A stretch of 63,894 nt of DNA, filler included, from Stramenopiles sp. TOSAG23-2 (lineage: Eukaryota): the NCBI GenBank assembly GCA_900128395.1. It is 4 parts of 4 records of this genome, joined end to end, with 100 filler letters (N's around TTAATTAATTAA, not from the genome) between each part and the next. Parts side by side here need not be neighbours in the genome. Positions count along the whole stretch, not along the records: positions 1 to 18,870 come from LT649598.1; positions 18,971 to 37,796 come from LT649599.1; 2 more parts are not named here. The stretch is one strand, 5' to 3'. Under the pieces are notes generated by a model. The model was not told the DNA's origin, ran no database searches, and saw only the letters and a program-made list of their open reading frames with translations. Shown here piece after piece: positions 10,501 to 22,300 of the stretch; the stretch's first letter is position 1, and every line of letters begins with the position of its first letter. The position numbers and the translations under genes are program-made.

Positions 10501-13500
10501 ACGCCCATTTAAATAACTTCCAATGATATCAAGCATAATTTTGAATTGAGAGAAGATCAAAACTTTATGGCCTTCCGACCTTAATTTTGGCAAAAGTTTA
10601 TCAACAAATACCATTTTCCCGCAACAATCGACCATTCGTTGAAGCTTCGCCCTCCACACTTTTTCATCATAATCCTCTTGCAATTTTTCCAACTCCGACC
10701 CAACTTGTTTCAATTCATGTGCATAATCTGCTCGTTTATTCATTTCATCTTGCTGAGCATAAGTTACTTGTACATCTGGATGATTCATAATATGCCGGTT
10801 CAATGTATCTATACGATGCAAGCGCGATCGTAATTTTTGCTGGCGTTTTTTAATTTTAGCCAAAGCAGTTAGCTCTTTATCTTTTTCAGGATTGCTTGGT
10901 AACAATGACGTGGATGATGACCCATCTTTGCTCGCCCCGTTACTATTATTGTTATTACTATTATCATCATCATCAATCCATTCAACTGGTAGAATCGGCA
11001 ATTTTTTAATAATTGATTCAAAATTAGTAATTGCAGTATGTTCTACCCATTGAGAATATAATTCTTCAAATTCATCTAAAAGAGAATCTGCATGATTAGC
11101 AATTTCAGAACCTTCCTCGTTAAAGTGCAAGCAATTACGAAAGATCAAACGCATATCACGAGCAAACTTTTTGTGATTGCCAAAATAATGCTTATCCGTG
11201 CCTGCAAGACCTTTTAACTTTCTCCAAACAGTTGACAAATCCATTGGACGACGTATCATTTTTCTATATCCAGGGACCTGATCTAAATCAACTGGTTCTA
11301 GGAAAGGATATGCAATATCTTTATCAGCTAATTTTCGTATGACTACTTCACATCCAGGCATTTCTATAAAGCCAGATTGATTTGTACGCTTTTTACGATG
11401 TACGACAGTAATTGTACGCTCCTCATATACATCATCTTCCCGTTTTTCCTTATGTTCCAAATAGGCTTTCCATTTGAATTCTGTATTTACAGCTGGATTG
11501 ATTGGTCGCGTAGGTGCTATTGGGCAATCTGCAAAGCTTAGAGATTTTTTAGTAAACCAATGTACGTAGTGCGTAGTACACAACATTCGAGAACCCCATG
11601 GACCACGATTAAATGCAGATGCTTCCCTAGCCCCGCAATAACGACACCAATCTCCTTCATAAGTATCATAAAACTCAGGATCTATCTCTTCAATGGTATA
11701 TTGAAGATCAACCTTAGAACGTTTCTTTTTCACTAATATAGTTTCTGTTGTAGTCTCTGTTTCGTATCTTTTCGTTGATCCATCCTCTGCACCGTCTCCA
11801 TCACCATCCTTCTTTTCACCACCTTCCTCCTCCTCTAAAAGGCCTGCAAGGCGAGCTTGTGCTAATGCCAATGCTTCCTCGTCGTCAATCTTACTTAATT
11901 GAGTCATTGTCACTCCATGTTCCACTGCATCTCGAATACGTTCCTCCTCTCGATCTTCTACACCGTCTATCAAAAATGGATGATTGCAACATTTACGCAA
12001 TTGCATGTCAACATTCAAAAGTGCTGGGACATTGCCATGGCAACCGTGATATAAAAACTCGCGGTTCTTATCAAAAATAGCTCTATAATATTGTTTTTGC
12101 AATGTTGTTAACTCTACATCAATGATGGTTTCTTGGCGTGGTGGAATTGCTGTTTCAACTTCATGCTTTAAACGGCGCAAGATGTAAGGCCCCATTATTT
12201 GACGCAATTTATCAACTTGGTTTGCACCTGTAATATTACCAAAATTGTCCATAAACTCATCCACCGATTTAAAACTTCGTGGATGAACAAAATTAAGCAA
12301 TGCCCATAACTCTTTTAAATTATTTTGTATCGGAGTTCCTGTCAATAGGAGACGATAATCAGCTCTTATGAAAGGATATCGTAGTTGCCTTGCTAATTTA
12401 GAATTATGATTCTTCAATCGATGACCTTCGTCAACAACCATGCATTGGAATGTAAATGTCCCTAAATATTCCAAATCAGCTGCAACGGTTTCATAAGTAG
12501 TTAACAAAATATTGAATTTTGATATTGTACGGCTTTTTCTCAACATAGCGCTGTTATCGAATCTCCATTCATATTTCCGTATGATCTCCCTGCCTTTTGC
12601 ACCACCGCCTTGATCATAATATACACAACAGTTCATATCTGTCCAACTTTCTATTTCACGTTTCCAATGTCCAATTGTTGAGAGGGGAACAACTATTAAA
12701 AATGGACCACGAATTTGTTCAACCGCTCGTATATGCTCCAGCATACATATTACTTGACATGTTTTTCCTAAACCCATTTCATCAGCGAGTATACCACCTT
12801 GTTGCGAATACCAATTTCGTAACATCCAATTGACACCGTGAACTTGATACTTTCTTAATCGCAATCCATTTTTATATATAGGTGATTTTTTATATGGTAC
12901 AAAACGTTTTATCATGGAAGCTGCTACATCGGATATGTCATGACTAATACGGATATCAACATCTTCGTCAGAATCGATTTCCGATTCCTCGGACATATAA
13001 TCATCCGGATTTTCCAATGCAGCATCGCAATAATACAAAGGTCTTTTTGTTGAGGAATCGCTTTTGTTTAAAATATATTTTATTGCATCTTGTTCGTATG
13101 TATCACTTTTTACAATTTCCCACCCTTCTGGTAACTTCTCCTGGACACAAATTTCATCGATCATTCGACTTAGCACGATTGCCGTATCTAGCTCTACATT
13201 TTCCGGGACCTCGATGAGCCACTGTGGAAGATGTAAATCATTTAATACCTTTTTGCGTTCTCTTTCCTTTTTCATCTTTAGCTTTGCTTTCTTCTTAGCT
13301 TTTTGCAACGCTGTCTTATAATTTGATTTTGTTGGTGGCGTTTGAAAGATTCGAAATTGACCAATTTTTAAATCATTGTTAATATCTTTTTCCTTTTCCC
13401 ACGTTGCATCTTTGAAAGGACGATCTTTCCATTTTACCAGAAACAATGTTTCATAATTTTCTTTCTTTTTCTCTTTCATTTCGATATTATTATTATCTAA

Positions 13501-15055
13501 AGCTTCCTGTCTTTTTTTTCTCCTACGACGTTTATCCCAACCCACTGGGCGCCTCTCAAATGTTATTTCTACCGGTCTACCTATAGATTTCACACAGCCA
13601 ACTACTTTGCCTATTGAAGTAAATTGACCATCCATTTTGGTTTCCCCAACTTGACGAACAATGTCACCAGGCTTGAGTTTTGCTCTTTCATGACTATCTG
13701 TATCGATAATATTTTGAAACTCTCTATCAATTGCAGAACAAGTGACCACTTTTCCACCCGCGATTCTCGTTTCAGTCAAAATCAAGCCTAAGCGAGCACC
13801 ACGAAATGTTACTTTGACGAATGTTGACTTTTCAATCTCATCTTCTTCTTCTATTGCTATTGCTGCTGTTCCATCCTCATCCACGTCCATTTTTTCTTCT
13901 TTATTTTCACCATCATTCCCATTCTTATTCAAGTTTAAATTTGTACTACCTATAATTTTAGCAGTTCCATCGCTTTTAAGTTTTACTTTAATTTTTATCT
14001 TGCTTGGTTTTGAATCGATATCATCACTATCATCTTCTTCCTCCATTTTTTCTGTTGCTTTTTCCTCTACTTTTAAAACTTGTTTTTCTCCAATAATCTT
14101 ATCAATAGTAATAAGATCTTTATGAATATCGCCGTTCCAATTTTCTTCGCCTTCTCTATCTACACGTTTATCAAATTGAGTTAACATACCAACATGACGC
14201 ACCGCAACGTTGCAGTCACGTACAATTTCTTCATACGTCTTCCACACGCAATGTAAATACGACATATTTACAAATTTCAATAAATATTGCACTTCGCCAG
14301 AATCACTAAGACGTCTTCCAATATATTTTTCAATTTTTGGTCTAGTATCCATTGCATCTTCCAATTCCCATTGTTTACGAGTCATTTTCTTCTTCTTCGT
14401 AGTCGTCGTTGTTGTTTTAGCAGCAGGTTTTTTCTTTGGCGCAGCAGTATTTGTTTTTTTCTTTACAGTTACATTTCGCTTTTTTACGGGTTCTGGTTTT
14501 TGTATTTTTTTCCCTGCTTCCTCATCAGAACTTGAGTCATTGAATTCCTCAGGGTCAAAATCATCCACATATTTTACACGTTTCGTACTTCTTCGTGAAC
14601 GTCGTACACCAACTTCTTCGACTTGTTGCTTCACTTTACTAACTGCATATTTAGATATTTCATCGAATTCCCCATCTTCATCGTTTTTCTTTTTAAACTC
14701 ATCGTATTTAACGGCGTCACCCATTCGCCTTGCGGATTCTTCTTCTTCTTCCTCTTCCTCTCCTTCTTCAGGTTCTTCATCGCTTTCTTCCTCTTCATGA
14801 TCAAACTCGTCTTCGTCTTCCTCATCCTCATCACTATCGAAATCCATCATGTCCTCGTTGTAATTTATGAAACCACCATTTGCTTTGTTGCCTGTATTCT
14901 CATTTGCTCGGTTACGTGCATCTTCATATTTACGTTTTTTCTCCAATTCTTGTTCTTTTCGTTTTTGCTTAAAAAATTCTGGATTGTTTGTTCGTTTCTC
15001 AAACTCTTCTAAATATTTATCATATGCACTTTTTACTTTGCCACCATTACTGGTG

Positions 15056-15098
<43 letters not shown>

Positions 15099-15186
15099 AA
15101 GTATCGGTTTCATTTGCATCTTCATTACCAAATAATGCCATGACATCATCCATCATAGTTTCCTCTGTATTCTCTTTTTCTGCCAT
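7513..15186 (-). CDS. CHD-family (CHD6-9-like) SNF2 chromatin remodeller with double chromodomain, PDZ-like insert, GATA-like finger, bromodomain and multiple PHD fingers
   Basis: Chromo motifs (YLLKFVNMSYLHCVW; FLVKWKDRPFKDATWE). SNF2 motifs [73 protein letters not shown]. Bromo PFLEPVD..VPGY...PMDLSTV...NCLHFN. Several PHD C4HC3 motifs, an ePHD, and an AT-hook PRGRPRK. Confidence 0.95.
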
Positions 15187-16122
15187 ATTTATTGTATTGC
15201 CTAGTGAAGTGTTCTTGGTGATTTGAATTCAAACTTGTATATCCAAATGTATACTATATATATATATATAATATATTTAAAAAATAATATTTACTAAAAA
15301 AAACAAAAACAAAAGAAACAAAAAAGAAAGAATAAACTTTAACACAATTCAAAACAAAGAATGTATCACAATGGTTAGAAATGATTTACCTAGTAATGAA
15401 TTCAATTTTTTTTTCGTTGTTTTTGAAATTGGTATACACATGATACAGCATATATACTTACGATATGTCTAACAACAATATGCCAATGTGATATTATAAT
15501 ATATATAAGTTAGGCACTTTAGTATGCATTTTAGTGACTTCTTAGTAAATTTTACCATTGTATTACGTGTATTTTAATGGTGGTGGCACGCCAAATTCGG
15601 GATAGTCTATGGTATGGTGGTGTGTGAAGCTATTTCGCGATGTGTTCATGCTTTTCATGTCATATTACGGATATTTTATATATTAGTAATATAATTCTTA
15701 TTTACAGTAATAAATCTTATAACATTATATTATATTATAGATTAAAAAATTTGAAAACAAAAAACAGGTAATAAATTCTTGCTTGATATATTGGAATTTT
15801 TCAAATATTTATTTTTTCAAATCCTTTTTCCCACTTGTCAAAAAACTAGCTACTATATTTTATATTTGTACTAAAAGCATTATATTTGTACTAAAAGAGT
15901 ATTGATATTTAAAAATTGATAGGGAAAAACACCATATCCACCACAAAAAATGATGTGTGCGCATTGAATGAAAACAAATACAATTAGTATATACAAAATA
16001 GAAAATATGCTGTAGATAAAGAAAGATATATATATATAACATATATTATTTACAAAAAAAAGAAGAAAGATTTTCGATTGATACGAATAAATATAATATA
16101 ATATAATATAATAAAAAAAGCC

Positions 16123-16920
16123 ATGCCAGCGCGGAAAACGAAATTATCAGTCATTGTACCAACATATGCGGAGCAAGAGAATATAAGGCCATTGACGGAA
16201 CGTTTATTTAAAGCAACGAAAAAAGAAGGTTTATTGGTTGATTTATTATTTATGGATGATGATTCTGGTGAAGGTACAATTTTAACGGAAAAAATTGTAA
16301 AAGAGTTGCAAGAGGAGAACTATCCAGTACGAATTCATGTCCGGAGAAAAGGTGAAGGAAAAGGTTTAAGTTCTGCAGTAGCATTAGGCTTTGAAAAGGC
16401 AAAATATGAATGTATGTTATGTATGGATGCTGATTTGCAACATGAACCGGAAGCAGTACCTAGTGTTGCTGCACCTGTATTAAATGGTGATGCAGAATTT
16501 ACAGTAGGGTCCAGAAATGTCGATGGGGGTGGCATTGGGATGGAGTGGGCATGGATTCGACGCGTATTAAGTAGCGGTGCTACTATGTTGGCATATCCAT
16601 TATCGAAATCAACAGATCCAATGTCTGGATTTTTTTGTACAACAAAAACTGTATTTAGTCGTGGAACTGGTAAAATCAATGCGACAGGTTTTAAAATTGG
16701 TTTAGAACTTATGGTTCGTTGCAATGCTAATCCAGTAGTGGATGTACCTATTACATTCCGTGAACGCATTGCCGGTGAAAGTAAATTAAGTATGAAGCAA
16801 AATTTATATTATGTACAACAATTGATGGCGTTGTATTGGTCTAAATATGCATTGTTGATATTATTACTGATAGCATTATTGTTTTATATTTTATATTCAA
16901 TGTACAATATGTTGATGTAA
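16123..16920 (+). CDS. DPM1: Dolichol/polyprenol-phosphate mannosyltransferase (GT2) with C-terminal TM anchor
   Basis: SVIVPTYAE.ENI, MDDDS, MDADLQH, GSR, DPMSGFF, GFKI.LE, F.ER..GESKL motifs; hydrophobic C-terminal helix. Confidence 0.88.
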   Translation: MPARKTKLSVIVPTYAEQENIRPLTERLFKATKKEGLLVDLLFMDDDSGEGTILTEKIVKELQEENYPVRIHVRRKGEGKGLSSAVALGFEKAKYECMLCMDADLQHEPEAVPSVAAPVLNGDAEFTVGSRNVDGGGIGMEWAWIRRVLSSGATMLAYPLSKSTDPMSGFFCTTKTVFSRGTGKINATGFKIGLELMVRCNANPVVDVPITFRERIAGESKLSMKQNLYYVQQLMALYWSKYALLILLLIALLFYILYSMYNMLM

Positions 16921-17125
16921 TTGTCGATAAATGTGATACATATACTGTAATAATAAAAAAATATTTGATCATTGATAAAAAAAGACACACACACACACAG
17001 AGAGAGAGAGAGAAACAATATGTTGATGTAATTGTCGATAAATGTGATACATATACTGTAATAATAAAAAAATATTTGATCATTGATAAAAAAAGACACA
17101 CACACACACAGAGAGAGAGAGAGAA
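16904..17125. repeat. 111-bp tandem duplication covering the DPM1 stop and a (CA)n(GA)n microsatellite
   Basis: ACAATATGTTGATGTAATTG...GAGAGAA at 16904 and 17015. Confidence 0.95.
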
Positions 17126-17661
17126 AAAGAGGAAAAATGTATTATTTGTAGAGAGCGGGGTAGGCATGAGGTAAAAAATAAAAACAAAAAACATATATGA
17201 TGTGTACACACGTGGTTTTACACCAATAAATTACAAATATTATAATTTACGGTCTTCCCCCCGTTCAAGCTGATAATACAAAATCCATTTTAAGTACAAT
17301 ACCAAGTACAGGTATGGTGAAAGTGTGATAGATAGATGGGCATTTTAAATTTTAAATCGATGATGATGAGTTTAAGTTCCTTAAGCGTGCGTACCTCGTA
17401 ATAATACCTATATAGATTCGTAGTTATTCGTATACTTGTCATAAAGAACAAACCTATATACGAATTTTACGAACACACACACATGTGTGATGTGCACATT
17501 TATTCTAAATATTTATTAAAATAAACATATATATAATGAAATATATCCTCTCCTCTTCTTCTTCATAATTTCATGGTTCATTAGTTTCTCAGTCTCGTGA
17601 TAAACAGTACTCATCCTCGCATATTGTATACAATCTCCTTTGATTGAGATATATAACAGAT

Positions 17662-18386
17662 ATGGAAAAAGTAGAAGAAGATGTGGAGAATAATGGAATA
17701 CAAATGAATGAAATACGAGAGGTTGAGAAAAAGATTGGGAATACTAAGAAAACAAAAAGTAATAGTAATAATAAAAGACAAAAAATAATCGACAGAAGTG
17801 ACTCAACAGGAACATGGTTCGTATCACACCAAAAACTAGAAAAATGGAATGAAAATGAATTAAATAAGCTACAATTTGCTATTTTGCTTTCATAGTGTTT
17901 TCAGGTATGATATTAGCATTAATATCATGGGATATGATAAGTGGCTATATTCCAAAAAAGCTGCCTATATTCGTATTCATTTTATGTTTAGGGTTGCTTT
18001 GTTATAGAATATATTGGAGTCTTTTCAGTGGGTGCAATCCACCAAATACAAAGACACTACCTTGGGGTATTTATGGCCAAAGCATTGATATTTGCTTTCT
18101 ATATAGATTTACATATCAAAGTATGCTTTCATTATTGATTCCAGCCGCTATCTCAACGTTTAGAGGACGGACAGATAATTTATTTTTTTGTAATGCAAAT
18201 ATTTATAGATCAACTGGAACGATTCGTCATCATGACATGAATACTTTTTACGTTAGAGACATGAGGGTTGAACAACAAAGAAGTAGAAGTAATAGAAATC
18301 TACAAAAGAAAAAAATAAATGACGGCGAAGAAGAAGAGCTAGGAGAAGAAGAGGCAGGAAACCAGACTAAGTCAGTGGTTGCATAG
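17662..18386 (+). CDS. Hypothetical membrane protein with an apparent 1-nt frameshift near 17888
   Basis: ORF from ATG 17662 ends at TAG 17893-17895 and the next ORF starts at the overlapping base. One extra T in TTGCTTTCATAGTG gives ILLFIVFSGMILALISW, a continuous TM helix. Confidence 0.6.
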
Positions 18387-18870
18387 ACAGTCCCCGGGTA
18401 TATATCTTCTTTCAATTTATGAGAGGGGACACCTTGAGGTGGTAAATTATTAATTACGAGGCGTATTAATTTTTTCTTTTTTTTAAAATTAATAATAATA
18501 TATACTCGTAAAATATGATGATATGTGGACATGAATTAAACTTTTAGCGAGCTCGTAGTATAATATTTTTAGTAAAACTAGGGAGTATTAATTTGTGATA
18601 CGACGTAAATACTAGATATTTTTTAAAAAATAATCTCATTATGATATTATACACATCCATTTTTTAATATATTTTAAATTTTTATTTATTTTATATATAT
18701 ATATCATATAAGTTATATCACGAGACGTACATGTATATATTATTATATATACGCTTCGTATGATGTGTCTTATTAATACCCACCTTACAAAGTAGATGAT
18801 ACCTCATAATTTGCCGCAAACAAATTTGAATTGTTATAAAAAATAATATCAGGGTGAACAGATAATAATG

Positions 18871-18970
18871 NNNNNNNNNNNNNNNNNNNNNNNNNNNNNN
18901 NNNNNNNNNNNNNNTTAATTAATTAANNNNNNNNNNNNNNNNNNNNNNNNNNNNNNNNNNNNNNNNNNNN
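18871..18970. other. Artificial contig spacer N44-TTAATTAATTAA-N44
   Basis: Exactly 100 nt; the core has stops in all six frames; identical at three places. Confidence 0.99.
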
Positions 18971-18989
18971 TGTATAAATTTGATGCCAG

Positions 18990-19232
18990 AAATTCTGCTA
19001 TCCCTAATTTCTGAAAACAAGAAATGTCAAAATTATTTTGCCAATTGATAGGAAAAATGGTATACTAGTGGAGCCTAAGTTTAAAAAGGTATTTTCAATG
19101 TTTTTCCTGTCATTTCATGTAATGAAATGAAAAATCCAACATCAAAACAATGAATTACTAAAATTTAGGTTGAAAATGTTGAAAATGAGGAAATTGGATG
19201 AAAAATATGCGAGATATAATGGTATTGTAGTG
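18990..19232 (-). mobile_element. Dispersed non-coding repeat, copy 1; candidate DNA-transposon end (CACTA terminus)
   Basis: Reverse complement of 63643-63894 with scattered mismatches; homology ends at TTGTAGTG (=CACTACAA). Lies next to a contig break. Confidence 0.6.
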
Positions 19233-19330
19233 TTATTTGCTTATTTTGTTCTGAATGATTACCAGGATTAAAACAATATTGAAAAGTATATGTAAACGAG
19301 ACACCCCGACACAACCACTCCTCACTCAAA

Positions 19331-19331
19331 A

Positions 19332-19372
<41 letters not shown>

Positions 19373-19379
19373 ATCTCTC
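19331..19379. repeat. (CT)n microsatellite downstream of the IQ/ankyrin/WW gene
   Basis: Run of about 19 CT units. Confidence 0.9.
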
Positions 19380-19387
19380 TTCCGGTA

Positions 19388-22300
19388 TTATCTCATATGA
19401 CGATTGACTTTGAAATCCATTAAGCCTTTTAAATTCCATCTAGATTCACCAGTTATTGTATTGTAAAAATATACACTTCCATCTTCATGCGTATTTTTTT
19501 CCCATGGTGGCGGTGGTAAAACTTCAGTCACAGGCTTATCCCACGAACTTTCACCAGTCGCATGGCAGAAATAAAATATATTTCCTTTAGCATCTTTTTG
19601 TGCCTCCCAACCATCAGGTATATTGGCTAATTTTTCTTCCATTTCTCTTGCATGCAATTCAACTTCCCTTTCCTCACTCATAAAATGTGGCTGCAACCAT
19701 TGGCTATTACCTGTCTTATCGTTATACCAATATGTACGACCGCTTTCGTCAACATGTTCATGCCAATCTGCTCGTTTTTCTTCTCCTTTATTATGCATTT
19801 CATGATCATTATGTTCATTCAAAGCATCGCCAAAACCTTTGCCTTTTTTTGGATGATCAGTATCATTATTAAATCTTGGTCGAATCCACTGGGATTTTCC
19901 AGTCTTAGAGTTATAATAATACGTTGCCCCAGTACCATCATCACATTCTTCCCAATCCTCTACCTTTTCTAAACGACCAACTCTCATACCATCAAAACCT
20001 GGACCTTTTTTAGGCCTAACATTTGCTTGTTGAAATTGCGGTTTATCCCATTGAGAAATGTTCGTTTTCGTATTGAACCAATATGTCTTACCTAATCCAT
20101 CACTGCACTCTTCCCAGTCATTTACATCTTCCAGCTGATGGTCATGCCCAGTAAATTTATGAAATTCTTCATGTTCCCTTGCTAGCTTCAAAGATTCCGG
20201 TACACCTTGAAATTTCCAAAATACGTGTTTTCCTTTATACCGTCTGTAACATTTTTGGATCTTTGCAGCCGCTTCATGCTTATATAAATTTACTTGGTAT
20301 TCATCTGATTTAATTACAGCTTGAATTCTCTTTGCATTTTCCTCTGCAGCCTTTGCTTGGGCTAGGCGAAATGCATCAAACCCGTCATATGGCTTATTGG
20401 CCAATCTTCGAAGCATATCGTTGAAATTTGCTGTAATGGTATGATCATACGGATCTAAGGTACATGCGCGTAAATAATACTGTTCTGCTTGTGCATAATC
20501 TTGATGAACAAACTGCATTACAATAGCATAATTTGAATGTGCTTGTGCGCTCTTCGGATTGAATACCATTGCTTGTCGAAAGAAACCTTTTGAAGCCAAG
20601 TCAAAACAATGAGTTCCTTGTTTCGGCTCACATTCGCGTGCTCGATGTACCATATCCATTACATCATCGAAATCCGCTTCTCTAGTTGCAGTTGCAAAAA
20701 TGGCATATGCATACAAGACAAATGCATTGTCCGGACCGCGATCTACCATGTACTCCAACATTTTCGCGTACATGATTCGCGCACGATCATAATCCATCTG
20801 GACTGCATGAAGATATAATGTGTAGTTACAGAGTGCTTCAATTTTATTTGGATGTTTTAAAAAATCTTCCTCACACGATTTCATAATCTTTGCGCCCCGC
20901 ACCATTTGTCGAAATATTCGCTGTGCTTGGCGCCCACGCCATATCCCTTGCAGTCTTTCTGCCATTTCTTTTTCCCTCCTTGTATATCCATGCAAACGCA
21001 AATGCCTGTCATCTTCTTGTTGAGCAAGATCATGATTAACGACTGCTGGTGGTTTTTCCCATTGGCATTTTTTAGTTAAGTGATTGCAATAAAAGAGCAC
21101 ATCATATGTATCGACATATATCATTTCATCCCAAACGCCAATTACACGACGAACAATTGAAACTCTGCGAATTTCATTCCACTCATCAAAAAACTTTGGA
21201 CCACGTTTTTTCCATAGATATCTACGTCTAAATCGACGGCATAAATATCCTCTCCACACCCTGTTGATAAGTTTAGCTGCTCTCCAAATAGCTCTTCTTC
21301 TATCCATATAATAATAATTTTCGTATACCCATGCACGTTCTTTCATACCACGATAATGAGCTTGAATCTTTGTCGCTGCATTTACTCGCTCACGACGATA
21401 AAATGCCTTACGACGACCCAAAAAACCACGTACAACACGTTCTACGTGAATTGAAGCGTACCACCGAATCTTATGCTTAGCATAAAATACCCTACAAAGA
21501 TATCCACGAAAAATTCGTTGAATAAAGATAGAACTTTTGACTTTTGCACGGTTCAGATTGATCGCTCCCATTTCTCTCTCATAATATTTTTTATATTCAT
21601 TCTTCGTCATATCCGCCTTCGTCGTAACTTTGTGTAGCCTTGGACGTTTCTTATTCCTTGTTACGACAATCTGAGGAGGCAGCTCATCACTGACCTGTCC
21701 CGTTTTTGGATTTTCCCATATAAACCTAGTTTTTCCACTTGGAATCATTTCACTGGTTGGATCATTTGGATCCTCTTGAACCATGATATCAATTTCTTTC
21801 TCCACCCAATGACCCATACGAACATCTTGCGGCTCGTCTACAGTATACACATTGTCATTATCATAATACCAATATCGTACAAAATAATTTGCTTGCTCTG
21901 TAAGCTTTTTTTGCGTCTCTTTGTCTTTTTCCCAGAACTTTTTACCCTTTCCATTTTCTTCATCATCTTCTTCATTCTTATCCTCCATATCCTTTACAGG
22001 AACTATGGTATCCAAATCGTTCAATGATACTTCAAATTCTCTCCACTTATGTATAAAGCGTCTAAAATTAGCCAATGCATGTACTTTTCCCCATTGATGA
22101 TTCGTTAGGCCGCGACAAACAACCAGCCACTTTGGATCTTTCGGTTCTGGAGGAATTTCTTCCCGTTTTTGAATGGCAAGAGCAACAGCAAATCTACGAT
22201 TTGCAAGTTTATCATCGATATACCTTTCTTTAAATAATTTAACACATTCCACATGATTTCTCATTCTTGCTTCACCTAAAGGTGTTTTATTATCATAATT

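Noticed and set aside
7626..15226. Numerous antisense and alternate-frame ORFs (also within 19388-26818, 38298-50654 and others)
   Set aside because: Shadows of long real CDSs, low-complexity (poly-S/F/V), with no motifs.
17893..17895. Stop-codon readthrough or alternative genetic code
   Set aside because: Further in-frame stops follow within a few codons here and at 205 and 31100. Multi-kb ORFs are open in the standard code and end in TAA, TAG or TGA.
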